Source: an uncultured Flavobacteriaceae bacterium (lineage in GTDB: Bacteria; Bacteroidota; Bacteroidia; Flavobacteriales; Flavobacteriaceae). Taken from it: a DNA stretch of 64,000 nt. The DNA lies in NCBI GenBank assembly GCA_964419405.1, contig CAYQPI010000075.1:16958-80957 (forward strand), written 5' to 3'. Shown here in pieces: positions 18,684-28,744 of the stretch (positions within the stretch are counted from its first letter, which is position 1; the number at the start of each line of letters is the position of its first letter). Below the pieces are notes generated by a model. The model did no database searches, had not been told where the DNA came from, and saw only the letters and a list, made by a program, of their open reading frames with translations. The position numbers and the translations under genes are program-made.

Positions 18684-19976
18684 ATGAAATTATGGGATAA
18701 AGGATTTAGTACAGATAAGAAAATAGATATTTTCACTGTAGGGAATGACAGAGAATTAGACCTGGTATTGGCCAAATACGACGTAATCGGTTCTTTGGCA
18801 CATGCGAAAATGCTGCATAAAATTGGCCTGTTGTCTGAAGAAGAAATAAAACAGGTTGAAAAAGAGTTAGGAGCCATTTCTGTATTCATTGAAAAGGGCG
18901 AATTCACCATTGAAGATACCTTTGAAGATGTACATTCAAAAGTGGAGTTTTTACTTACAGAAAAGTTAGGAGATACGGGTAAGAAGATACATACTGCACG
19001 GTCAAGAAATGATCAGGTTTTGGTTGACGTTCACTTGTATTTAAGAGACGAGATCAAGGAAATCAGAGCAATGGTCATTGATTTTTTTAACCTTTTAATG
19101 AAATTGTCTGAGACACATAAAGACAGTTTATTGCCAGGATATACTCATTTACAGGTGGCGATGCCCTCTTCCTTCGGAATGTGGTTTTCTGCCTATGCAG
19201 AAAGTTTGATTGATGATGTATATATGTTGAATGCTGCCTATCGGGTAGTGGATCAAAACCCTTTGGGTTCTGCCGCCGGATACGGAAGCTCCTTTCCTAT
19301 TGACAGAGATCATACAACACAGGAGATGGAATTCAGTAGTTTAAAGGTTAATTCGGTTGCCGCTCAGATGAGCAGGGGTAAAACAGAAAAGACGGTGGCT
19401 TTTGCCATGAGTTCTGTCGCTGCAACACTTTCGAAATTTGCGATGGATATCTGTTTGTATATGAGTCAGAATTTTGGCTTTGTTTCTTTTCCTGATGAAT
19501 TGACCACAGGTTCGAGTATCATGCCTCATAAAAAGAACCCCGATGTTTTTGAGCTTATCAGAGGAAAATGTAATAAGATCCAGGCCCTACCGTTTGAATT
19601 AACGATGATCAGCAACAATTTGCCCAGTGGGTATCACAGGGATTTACAATTGTTAAAAGAAGGCTTGATACCAAATATTCAGGCCTTAAAGTCTTGTTTA
19701 GAAATGTTTAGGTTCTCTCTGAGCAATATCGAAGTGAATAAACATATTGTCGATCAGAAAATTTATGACTACCTCTTTACTGTTGAGGAGGTAAATAAAC
19801 TTGTGCAAGAAGGAGTCCCTTTTAGGGATGCTTATAAAATTGTGGGAGGAAAAGTAGTAAAAGGTGGATTCGTTCCTGATAAGAAGGTTGTTCATACTCA
19901 TATTGGAAGTGTTGGAAACCTGGCATTGGACAGAATTAAGGATAAAATGAAAAAAGCCAATGCACATAATTCATAA
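18684..19976 (+). CDS. argH: Argininosuccinate lyase
   Basis: HTARSRNDQ, PGYTHLQ and GSSIMPHKKNPD motifs. Confidence 0.97.
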   Translation: MKLWDKGFSTDKKIDIFTVGNDRELDLVLAKYDVIGSLAHAKMLHKIGLLSEEEIKQVEKELGAISVFIEKGEFTIEDTFEDVHSKVEFLLTEKLGDTGKKIHTARSRNDQVLVDVHLYLRDEIKEIRAMVIDFFNLLMKLSETHKDSLLPGYTHLQVAMPSSFGMWFSAYAESLIDDVYMLNAAYRVVDQNPLGSAAGYGSSFPIDRDHTTQEMEFSSLKVNSVAAQMSRGKTEKTVAFAMSSVAATLSKFAMDICLYMSQNFGFVSFPDELTTGSSIMPHKKNPDVFELIRGKCNKIQALPFELTMISNNLPSGYHRDLQLLKEGLIPNIQALKSCLEMFRFSLSNIEVNKHIVDQKIYDYLFTVEEVNKLVQEGVPFRDAYKIVGGKVVKGGFVPDKKVVHTHIGSVGNLALDRIKDKMKKANAHNS

Positions 19977-19990
19977 GCACTAGTGATCAA

Positions 19991-20746
19991 ATGGCCTGGA
20001 ATGTAGATTTATATAATAAGAAGCATGGTTTTGTACATCAATACGGAGCAGGTTTGCTTGAGCTGTTAGACCCGAAATCGAATGAACGAATTTTAGATCT
20101 TGGATGTGGATCAGGACAGCTAACACATGAAATTTCTGAATTGGCTAGTCAGGTGATTGGGATTGATAGTTCTAAGGAAATGATTGAGGCTTCGAGAGAC
20201 TTATATCCGCAGATAGATTTCTATCAGACGGGAGCAGAATCATTTCAATTCGACCAGCATTTTGATGCCATATTTTCAAACGCTGTGTTGCATTGGGTTC
20301 AAGACCAGAAAACGGCAAGTCAGAATATGTTCCGTCATTTAAAAACAGGTGGAAGACTGGTTGTTGAATTTGGTGGTGCAGGAAATGTAGCTACCATTAC
20401 CAATGCGATAAAATCTAGTCTTGAAGATCGCGGTTTTCTGAAAAATGCCAGTTTTGAAAGATGGTATTTTCCATCCATCAGTGACTACACAAACTTGCTG
20501 GAAGAAGTAGGGTTTGAAGTAGTTCATGCCCAGCTTTACGATCGGCCAACCTTATTGGAGAGCAAAAATGAGGGGATAAAAGATTGGATAGAAATGTTTG
20601 GAGCTCATTTTTTTAAAGGCATTGATCCAAACGTGAAAGATACCATATTGAATGAGGTTCAGAACAAGGTACGTTCAAGTTGTTTTATAGATGGGAACTG
20701 GTATGCCGATTACAGAAGAATTCGAGTTGTCGCTGTAAAAAAATAG
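19991..20746 (+). CDS. Class I SAM-dependent methyltransferase (Tam-like)
   Basis: ILDLGCGSG, FDAIFSNAVLHWV and WYADYRRIR motifs. Confidence 0.88.
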   Translation: MAWNVDLYNKKHGFVHQYGAGLLELLDPKSNERILDLGCGSGQLTHEISELASQVIGIDSSKEMIEASRDLYPQIDFYQTGAESFQFDQHFDAIFSNAVLHWVQDQKTASQNMFRHLKTGGRLVVEFGGAGNVATITNAIKSSLEDRGFLKNASFERWYFPSISDYTNLLEEVGFEVVHAQLYDRPTLLESKNEGIKDWIEMFGAHFFKGIDPNVKDTILNEVQNKVRSSCFIDGNWYADYRRIRVVAVKK

Positions 20747-20748
20747 GA

Positions 20749-22053
20749 TCAGCTGTTCAAGGCTTCTTTTAAGGCTTTGGCTTTTAAAAGGCACTCTTCA
20801 TATTCATTTTCGATCACAGAAAGAGATGTAATGGCACTTCCTACTGAAAAGGAGGTGTATTTTTTTGAGGCATTATATAAGATACTTCTGATCACTACAT
20901 TAAAATCAAAATTTCCGGTAGGACTAAAATAACCAACGGCACCAGAGTAAAGACCTCTCTTGGTCAGTTCTTCCTCTTCAATGATTTCCATGGCGGATAT
21001 TTTGGGAGCACCTGTCATACTCCCCATGGGGAACAAGCTCTTTATGATGTCAACATCATTTTCATCTGCCTCAACCTCACAAACAATGGTAGAAATGAGT
21101 TGGTGAACTTGTTTGAAAGAATAGACCTTGCATAATTCTTCTACTTTAACACTGCCTTTTTTTGCATTTTTAGACAGATCGTTGCGAATTAAATCAACGA
21201 TCATGATGTTCTCAGCCCTTTCTTTGGGGTCGTCAGACAGCGATTTTGCCAGTTGTGCATCTTCTGCTTTATTATCTAACCTTCTGGCTGTTCCCTTAAT
21301 CGGTTGTACGATAATTTTATTATTTTGCTTCTTTACGAATCTTTCAGGAGAGGCACATAGTAAATATTTGTTGTCTATTTTCACATAACTTGCAAAGGGG
21401 GCCTGAGAGATGAGATTTAATTTTTGATAAACAGCAATGGTGTCGATCTCACAGTTTTCTGCATAAAATTCCTGACAATAGTTTACCTCATAAATATCAC
21501 CTCTGTGGATGTGTTGTAACACATTTGACACCTTTTCAATGTATCCTTCTTTTGATAATCTAGACGAAACTTTACATGTGTTCAGCGATTTTTCATAAAG
21601 GGGGTTGGCATTTTTTATGGCCTTAATATCGGAGGCTATTTCATTGTGGAAGGCATCTAAATAGAGAAACTCAACATGATTGTTTTTCCATAAAATCACC
21701 TTTTTAGGTTGAAAGAAATAGAGCTCAGGAAATTCTAAATAATCTGGATTTTCAGATGTCAGTTCTTCGGTATCATTTTTCAAGTCATAACTGAAATATC
21801 CAAAGAGGAAGTCTTTGTGTTTTTTTCTGAACTCCTTTAGTTTTTCAAAGGAATTTTTTGATTCACAAGACAGTTCTTGATGAGCACCTATGGCAAGAAC
21901 GGCCTCAATTTCGCCATACTTTTCCTGTTCGGCCTGTGTATCTTTATTTGATTCTAAAAATACAACCTCTTCAAAATTTTGAGCCCATAACAGTGCTTTT
22001 TCTTTGCTTAGGCTTGCGTCATCATTCAAGACAATTTTAGAATTCCGATTCAC
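20749..22053 (-). CDS. pabB: Aminodeoxychorismate synthase component I
   Basis: PIKGT, AENIMIVDLIRNDL, FPMGSMTGAPK and VVIRS motifs; PIKGT favours PabB over TrpE. Confidence 0.88.
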   Translation of the reverse strand: MNRNSKIVLNDDASLSKEKALLWAQNFEEVVFLESNKDTQAEQEKYGEIEAVLAIGAHQELSCESKNSFEKLKEFRKKHKDFLFGYFSYDLKNDTEELTSENPDYLEFPELYFFQPKKVILWKNNHVEFLYLDAFHNEIASDIKAIKNANPLYEKSLNTCKVSSRLSKEGYIEKVSNVLQHIHRGDIYEVNYCQEFYAENCEIDTIAVYQKLNLISQAPFASYVKIDNKYLLCASPERFVKKQNNKIIVQPIKGTARRLDNKAEDAQLAKSLSDDPKERAENIMIVDLIRNDLSKNAKKGSVKVEELCKVYSFKQVHQLISTIVCEVEADENDVDIIKSLFPMGSMTGAPKISAMEIIEEEELTKRGLYSGAVGYFSPTGNFDFNVVIRSILYNASKKYTSFSVGSAITSLSVIENEYEECLLKAKALKEALNS

Positions 22054-22070
22054 GGTTTTTTTAAACTATT

Positions 22071-22913
22071 TTATTCAAAAATATAGACTCGTTTGTCTAC
22101 TTCTGATACTCTGAAATAACCGAAGGCATAGTTGTCCGGATTGGTCTGATTGATGCAATTTCCCTTAATTTCTGCAGGAATAGTACTGAATGGTCCGCCA
22201 CTCTGAGATTGTTCTATCAATAATTTGATATAATTATAATAAGGGCTTGACAGTCCAAGCAATTCAATATCGACAATATCTCCAGGTTGAAACTCCGTTT
22301 CACCTGTATCTTCGTTTTCTAATTTCTCGTAAAAGATAGACATTTTATTTCCATCCGTAAATTCATCTTTGATATCAAACAGCGTTTGAAATTTGTCTCC
22401 TCGTCGTTGAAATTTTGCCAGGTAAAAATTTTCCACTCCTGCAGGATCGAAGAATTCAATATTTACCTCTAAGGCATCTTTGCTAAATCCGTTTTCTGTT
22501 GATTGGTAGACGTCACTGATGGGTGACACTGAAGTCATGGTTTCTGTTGCCAGATATAGATCACCATCGTAATTTACCATTAAGGTATAAGAATTACCCA
22601 TTACAGGTTCGAAACTGTCAGTTACATAATCACCATCATTCATGTCAGTAAAAATGACCTCTGTTTGGTTTTCGTTGTTGATTACCTTAACACTGGCTCC
22701 AGTTACGGGAGTTTCAAGTAAGTTATCAAAATAAGGAGTTGATAAACTCAATTTTACAGTCTGAGAATTGCCTGAAGTTCCTTTTTGCCAATCCATTGAG
22801 GCTTCAATAACTAATCTTGGAGGAGCTTCCGGAACCTCAACGTCGATAACATCCGTACAAGATGCCAGGAACAAACTAAAGATCAAACTGAATATTTTTA
22901 TAGAACTTTTCAT
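22071..22913 (-). CDS. DUF4249-family lipoprotein
   Basis: Lipobox LASC-TDVIDV, C-terminal AFGYF; directly downstream of a TonB-dependent receptor. Confidence 0.82.
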   Translation of the reverse strand: MKSSIKIFSLIFSLFLASCTDVIDVEVPEAPPRLVIEASMDWQKGTSGNSQTVKLSLSTPYFDNLLETPVTGASVKVINNENQTEVIFTDMNDGDYVTDSFEPVMGNSYTLMVNYDGDLYLATETMTSVSPISDVYQSTENGFSKDALEVNIEFFDPAGVENFYLAKFQRRGDKFQTLFDIKDEFTDGNKMSIFYEKLENEDTGETEFQPGDIVDIELLGLSSPYYNYIKLLIEQSQSGGPFSTIPAEIKGNCINQTNPDNYAFGYFRVSEVDKRVYIFE

Positions 22914-22917
22914 TTGC

Positions 22918-25293
22918 TTAAAATTTAAAATTATAGGTCACTGAAGGGACTATGCCAAAAATTGCTGTTCGCGTAGCCTCATTTAAACCAGTTTCTCTAT
23001 TCTGAGAAAATGAAATAGAAGCAGCATTTCTTCGATTATAGATGTTGTAAATCCCGAAGACCCATTCTCCTCTCCATTTGCGATTTGGCTTGCCAGGCAC
23101 AAGTATCGCAGATACATCAATTCTGTGGTAGGCAGGTAATCTGTTTGAATTTCTTTCTGAGTAACTCGCGATGGATAAACCTTCATATTCATACTGCCCG
23201 TCAGGATAGGTTACAGGTCGTCCTGTCTGGTAGATGAAGTTGGCACTGAATCTCCATTTATCATTTAATCGATAGGTACCAGTAAATGATATATCGTGGG
23301 TTCTGTCATAAGGGGTATAATACCATTCTCCATCGTTAATTCCCGGCCCTCCAGCAGTACCACCAGGAGTCCTTTGTTCTGATTTGGCCCAGGTATAAGC
23401 CAGCCAGCCGGTAAAATTACCCTTGTTTTTTCTGACTAAAAACTCCAGACCATAGGCCTTAGATTCACCGGTTAAAATTTCGGTCTCTATGGTATTGTTT
23501 CCGATCAGGTCAGAACCATCTATATAATCGATTCGATTTTCAATGTCTTTATAATAGGCCTCTATTTCTAACGAAAAATTATTGTCTCTAAATTTTCTAA
23601 AATATCCGACGGCATATTGATTAGAGAGTTGCGGTTCGATATAAGGACCACTAGGAGCCCAAACATCTAAGGGGGTTACGGAAGTTGTATTGGATATCAA
23701 ATGAATGTATTGAGCGACTCTTGAGTAACCAGCTTTCATGGATGAACGCTCGTTGAGTTCGTAAGCAACAGAGAACCTGGGTTCTAGATTTCCAAATGAT
23801 CTGATCACTTCGTTTTTGTCATAGGCTGTCGATCCGATAGGAGTCCCTCTTTCATAGATGCCCAAAACTTCATTATAGACAACGGGCTGATCATTTTCGT
23901 ATTCAACTATCGATTGTCCGCCAAGTCGAGCAAAGTTGCTGTATCGAAGTCCGTATTGCAGGGATAGCTTTGGTGTGATCCGATGCTCGACTCCTGCATA
24001 CAGTCCTCCCTCAATGGCTGTTTTTTGATCAAGTTTTAAATAATTGATCCCTGAGTCTTCTGTAGTCGGGCTAATGATACCTGGATTGAATAAATAATGA
24101 ATCCCGTTTATTCCGAAGTCTAATTTGATATCATTGTTGATATAATAACTCAAGGCATATTTCAGGTTGTAATTGTCTATTTGTGAGATCCAGTCAAATT
24201 CAAAAGCATTGATCTCTAACTGATAATCATATTTGCTATAATTCACTGAGAGGTTTGAGAATATTTTATCACTAAAAACATGGTTCCAGCGGAGGTTACC
24301 TGAGGAATTTCCATACGAACTGTTGAAGCTGTCAGCAAATTTAAAAACATCTCTTCCGAAGTACCCTGAAAGAAAAAGCTGGTTATTTTCATTGATCTCA
24401 AAATTCGCTTTGAGGTTCATGTCATAAAAATAGGCACTGTTGTCTTTAAGTTCTTCGCTTAGTTTTAAAAAAAGGTGGGCGTAAGAACCACGTCCGGCAA
24501 CCAAAAAGGAACTGCGATCTTTGGCAATAGGACCTTCGATGGCCAAACGTGTCGAAACGGTTCCGATTCCTCCGGTAAGCGCTAAATTCTTTTTATTTCC
24601 GTCCTTTTGTCGCACATCCAGTACAGAAGAAGCCCTACCTCCAAAACGTGCCGGAATATTACCCTTGTACAGTTTAATGTCTTTGATGGCATCCGAATTG
24701 AAAATGGAGAAAAAGCCAAGCAAATGCGAGGTGTTATAGATGATGGTCTCATCAAGTAAGACCAGGTTTTGATCTACAGACCCACCTCTGACGTTAAAGC
24801 CACTGGAACCTTCACCATTGTTCGTAACGCCAGGGAGTAATTGAATGGATTTGATAATGTCTACTTCTCCTAACACAGCCGGCATTTGTTTAATGGTTCC
24901 AACGTTTAGTTTGGAAACACTCATTTGTGGTTTTCGTATACTGATATCTTCTGAATCTTCAGTGCGAATGACGACTTCACCCAATTGGTTGCTGCTTTCA
25001 GCTATGTCAATATTTAAATTCTGATCCTTGTCCAAAATTATTTCCTGGCTTATATCGTCAAATCCCATATAGGATACGACTAAGGTGTAAGTTCCTTTGG
25101 CGGCCGTTATTGAATAGAATCCGTATTCATTGGTCGTCGTACCAATTGACGAATTCTGTATGAAAACAGAAGCTCCAAACAAGGTCTCACCACTACTGGC
25201 ATCTTTGACCGTCCCACTGATAGAAAATTTCTCTTGAGCCGTGAGCATGGCAGTACATAGTAAAAAAAGAATTGAAAGTTTTTTCATTTTCAT
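22918..25293 (-). CDS. TonB-dependent receptor with a CarboxypepD_reg-like N-domain
   Basis: ISGTVKD..TTNEYGFYS, plug QLLPGV..VRGG, C-terminal YNFKF. Confidence 0.93.
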   Translation of the reverse strand: MKMKKLSILFLLCTAMLTAQEKFSISGTVKDASSGETLFGASVFIQNSSIGTTTNEYGFYSITAAKGTYTLVVSYMGFDDISQEIILDKDQNLNIDIAESSNQLGEVVIRTEDSEDISIRKPQMSVSKLNVGTIKQMPAVLGEVDIIKSIQLLPGVTNNGEGSSGFNVRGGSVDQNLVLLDETIIYNTSHLLGFFSIFNSDAIKDIKLYKGNIPARFGGRASSVLDVRQKDGNKKNLALTGGIGTVSTRLAIEGPIAKDRSSFLVAGRGSYAHLFLKLSEELKDNSAYFYDMNLKANFEINENNQLFLSGYFGRDVFKFADSFNSSYGNSSGNLRWNHVFSDKIFSNLSVNYSKYDYQLEINAFEFDWISQIDNYNLKYALSYYINNDIKLDFGINGIHYLFNPGIISPTTEDSGINYLKLDQKTAIEGGLYAGVEHRITPKLSLQYGLRYSNFARLGGQSIVEYENDQPVVYNEVLGIYERGTPIGSTAYDKNEVIRSFGNLEPRFSVAYELNERSSMKAGYSRVAQYIHLISNTTSVTPLDVWAPSGPYIEPQLSNQYAVGYFRKFRDNNFSLEIEAYYKDIENRIDYIDGSDLIGNNTIETEILTGESKAYGLEFLVRKNKGNFTGWLAYTWAKSEQRTPGGTAGGPGINDGEWYYTPYDRTHDISFTGTYRLNDKWRFSANFIYQTGRPVTYPDGQYEYEGLSIASYSERNSNRLPAYHRIDVSAILVPGKPNRKWRGEWVFGIYNIYNRRNAASISFSQNRETGLNEATRTAIFGIVPSVTYNFKF

Positions 25294-25363
25294 TTATAAA
25301 TGGAATTGGGGGCTATTACTTTATAAAACTGAAAGGCTTACCAACCTTGTTGTTTGTTTTTGA

Positions 25364-25371
25364 CAAATGTA
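25364..25371 (-). promoter_or_regulatory. -7 box (TACATTTG) for the TonB receptor/DUF4249 operon
   Basis: Exact TAnnTTTG match upstream of 25293. Confidence 0.55.
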
Positions 25372-25505
25372 TTAAGAACGAGATTAAAAAAAATGATTGT
25401 TGGATTCAATATTGACACTTTAGGTGTCTGCCTATAAGATGACACCGTTAAGGCTCTGTAAATCAATAATATGGTTTGTGTTAAATTAATGTTAAGCTCC
25501 TTGCT

Positions 25506-26636
25506 TTAAGGTGCTTTTCCCATCATATTTTGTTTGGACCTGAAATAATCAGACGGGGTCTGGTCGGTTATTTTTTTAAAATGTCTGTTAAACGTTGATT
25601 TATTGCTAAACCCACAGTCATGTGCTATTGACAGCATGGTATATTTTTTATTTGCTGGTAATTCCATCTGCTCTAAAAAAGAATGAATTCTTAATTTATT
25701 GATGTAAGAATAGAAATTCATCTGTTCATTTTCATTAATGACCTGGGAAAGATAATGAGCACTGCAATTTAATTCTTTGGCCAAATCCTTTAATGTGAGA
25801 CTGGGGTTTTTATACAATTCTTGTTTCTGCATGATTGTTTTCAATTCTATATAAAGCTCATTTGCCTTTTCTTTGTCAAGACCTGATTTTGCATACCGTT
25901 TGGTATTCGCTTTTAGATTTGAGCTGAGATCAATCACCGGAACCTGGGTTGTCGTAGGAGTCTGTAGAGACATCGAATTAAAAATATCCATTTGATTGAT
26001 ACCAAAAAAGCCAATTAGAATAATGAATAGCACTACGGCAGGGTAAATAATACTATTATCCACAAAAAAGGAAAGCATCCATATAATTCCCAGAGCAATC
26101 GAAAGGTATAGAAGCCATTTAAGTTCTTTTTTATCTGTATTCGATAATTCTTTATGAATCCCCACTCTGTAACGACGAATTAACAATAATGACCATATAG
26201 AATATACAGTTCCTGAAACTCCAATCAGTAGATTGATATAGGTCATGTACCATTTATAACCTTTTCCCCCATTTTCAAAAACAAGAATTTTTTCTTCAGG
26301 ATTTAGCATATAAAATGGAATGGCCAAAACAACCAACGAAAGTGCCGGTAACAGGTGCAGAAAAATAGACCAATAGTTTTTAAAATTATTTCCGGTAATT
26401 TCTGAAACGTAAAGAAATAGCATTAAACCCTGAAGCACTGGAAAAGGAAAACTGACTCCTAACCAATGAGGATACGAATAAAGGACTCCAGAAATCTGAA
26501 AATACATCATTGATTGATGCAGGGCCATGAAAAGTAACCAGGCCAATAAAATTTTGTCTGGGCGGGATTTATGTTTTTTTAAAAGGAGAAGGCCAGATAA
26601 AAATAGTGAAAGGACAATTCCAACAATTAAAAACAT
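25506..26636 (-). CDS. Membrane-anchored AraC-family regulator
   Basis: About seven hydrophobic helices, then an AraC HTH (HYLSQVIN, CGFSNKSTFNRHFKK..TPS). Confidence 0.92.
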   Translation of the reverse strand: MFLIVGIVLSLFLSGLLLLKKHKSRPDKILLAWLLFMALHQSMMYFQISGVLYSYPHWLGVSFPFPVLQGLMLFLYVSEITGNNFKNYWSIFLHLLPALSLVVLAIPFYMLNPEEKILVFENGGKGYKWYMTYINLLIGVSGTVYSIWSLLLIRRYRVGIHKELSNTDKKELKWLLYLSIALGIIWMLSFFVDNSIIYPAVVLFIILIGFFGINQMDIFNSMSLQTPTTTQVPVIDLSSNLKANTKRYAKSGLDKEKANELYIELKTIMQKQELYKNPSLTLKDLAKELNCSAHYLSQVINENEQMNFYSYINKLRIHSFLEQMELPANKKYTMLSIAHDCGFSNKSTFNRHFKKITDQTPSDYFRSKQNMMGKAP

Positions 26637-26662
26637 ACGGATTTAGGTTGAAAAACTGGATA

Positions 26663-28066
26663 TTAACTATGCAGTGCTCTTCCGTCTACAGCTAAACAAG
26701 CTTCTTTAATCGCTTCAGTAAAAGTTGGATGTGCATGAGACATTCTGGCTACATCTTCGCTGGAGGCTCTGAATTCCATCGCCACAACGGCTTCTGCTAT
26801 CATGTCAGCGGCACGGGCTCCGATCATATGAACTCCTAAAATCTCATCTGTTTTGGCATCGGCCAGCACCTTTATTAAACCATCGATATCCATACTTGCT
26901 CTTGATCTTCCTAAAGCCCTCATTGGAAAGCTACCCATTTTGTAGTCAACACCAGCATCTTTCAATTCAGCTTCGGTTTTTCCTACAGAGGCAACCTCAG
27001 GCCAGGTGTACACAACCCCTGGGATCAGGTTATAATCTATATGCGGTTTTTGCCCGGCGATAATTTCGGCTGCCATAGTCCCTTCTTCTTCCGCCTTATG
27101 CGCTAGCATAGCACCCCTAACAACATCTCCAATGGCATAGATATTCGATATATTCGTTTGTAAATGATCATTTACTATTATTTGACCGCGATCAGTCACT
27201 TTGACTCCTGCCAGGTCAAGTCCTAATCCATCAGTATACGGACGTCTACCTACAGAAACCAGGCAATAATCACCTTTGATTTCTACTTCGTTTCCTTTTT
27301 TGTCATCAGCCAGCACGATCACTTCATCTCCTTTTCTCGTTACAGCTTTTACTTTATGCGAAACATTGATCTTAAATTTTTGCTTTTTAAGGACCTTGTT
27401 CAATTCCTTTGATAAAGAGGCATCCATCGTAGGGATGATCCTATCCATGTATTCGACGACAGTTACCTCAGCACCTAATCTTTTGTACACCTGACCTAAT
27501 TCTAAACCAATGACGCCACCGCCGATTACGACAAGGTGTTTTGGCACTTCTTTTAATTTTAGGGCCTCAGTTGATGTGATGATACGTTCTTTATCAAGAT
27601 CAATAAAGGGAAGACTGGAAGGCTTACTTCCGGTAGCTATAATGGTGTTCTTCGATTCTATTTCTTCGGCGCTTTTGTCGTCTTTGCTAACTACAATATG
27701 CGTGGCATCTTTAAAACTACCCACACCTTGGTATACGTCTATTTTATTCTTTTTCATCAGAAAATCAATACCTCCTGTCGTTTGATCGACAACGGCCTGT
27801 TTTCTGGCAATCATTTTTTCCAGATTTACCTTGATATCACCAGGAATTTCGATGCCATGGGTGTCAAAGTGTTTTACGGCATCTTCATAATGGTGAGATG
27901 AATCTAGAAGCGCCTTACTCGGGATGCATCCCACATTGAGACAGGTGCCACCAAGTGTGCTATACTTTTCAATAATAGCGGTTTTTAATCCAAGTTGCGC
28001 TGATCTGATAGCAGCAACATAACCTCCAGGTCCTGATCCGATAACGGTAACATCATATGATTTCAT
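26663..28066 (-). CDS. lpdA: Dihydrolipoyl dehydrogenase
   Basis: GSGPGG, GGTCLNVGCIPSK and HAHPTFTE motifs. Start moved to MKSYD. Confidence 0.97.
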   Translation of the reverse strand: MKSYDVTVIGSGPGGYVAAIRSAQLGLKTAIIEKYSTLGGTCLNVGCIPSKALLDSSHHYEDAVKHFDTHGIEIPGDIKVNLEKMIARKQAVVDQTTGGIDFLMKKNKIDVYQGVGSFKDATHIVVSKDDKSAEEIESKNTIIATGSKPSSLPFIDLDKERIITSTEALKLKEVPKHLVVIGGGVIGLELGQVYKRLGAEVTVVEYMDRIIPTMDASLSKELNKVLKKQKFKINVSHKVKAVTRKGDEVIVLADDKKGNEVEIKGDYCLVSVGRRPYTDGLGLDLAGVKVTDRGQIIVNDHLQTNISNIYAIGDVVRGAMLAHKAEEEGTMAAEIIAGQKPHIDYNLIPGVVYTWPEVASVGKTEAELKDAGVDYKMGSFPMRALGRSRASMDIDGLIKVLADAKTDEILGVHMIGARAADMIAEAVVAMEFRASSEDVARMSHAHPTFTEAIKEACLAVDGRALHS

Positions 28067-28091
28067 GAGCAGTTTTTGATTTAAATGCATG

Positions 28092-28099
28092 CAAAAATA
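28092..28099 (-). promoter_or_regulatory. -7 box (TATTTTTG) for lpdA
   Basis: Exact TAnnTTTG match followed by CA. Confidence 0.6.
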
Positions 28100-28327
28100 A
28101 GATATTTAGGTTTATATAGAAAGGGAATAACTTATTCATTTCTCTTAAAAAAGCCCATTTTTGTGGGTTTTGTATACAGAAGTATTACTGTTTTTTGGTT
28201 TTTCTTTAACATTAGGCTAGTGCAGATTGTTTTATCTTGTTAGTGCATTGATTATTTTTCTGGAGAAATGGTATTTTCTTTAGAATTATTGATCGATTTT
28301 CCTTATAATTAACTTAAAACTAGAACT

Positions 28328-28696
28328 ATGACTACACAGGAAGTTGCCATTAAGCTGGTTGGGTTTTGCAGAGAGGGACAATTCGAAAACGCCATGGAAG
28401 AATTGTATTCCCCAATGATCGTCAGTATTGAACCCGATGGCGCACCTACAAAAGAAGTAAGAGGAATTGAGGCTGTTGTTGAAAAGGGAAAGGGCTTTAA
28501 CGAGATGGTTGAATCCTTTCACGGAATGGAAGTTTCTGACCCCGTTGTGGCTGAGAACTTTTTCTCTTGCGCCATGAAAATGGATGTGACTCTCAAAGGA
28601 GCTCCAAGAATGCTAATGGAAGAAATCTGTTTATACGAAGTAAAGGATGGCAAGATCGTAAGAGAAGAATTCTTTTATACGCCCATGCCTTCTTAA
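28328..28696 (+). CDS. SnoaL-like / NTF2-family protein
   Basis: ELYSPMIVSIE and EEICLYEVKDGKIVREEFFY motifs. Confidence 0.85.
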   Translation: MTTQEVAIKLVGFCREGQFENAMEELYSPMIVSIEPDGAPTKEVRGIEAVVEKGKGFNEMVESFHGMEVSDPVVAENFFSCAMKMDVTLKGAPRMLMEEICLYEVKDGKIVREEFFYTPMPS

Positions 28697-28744
28697 AAGG
28701 ATTGCTCCAAATTATAGGGTGTAATTTGGGGTTATTTTTGAATT

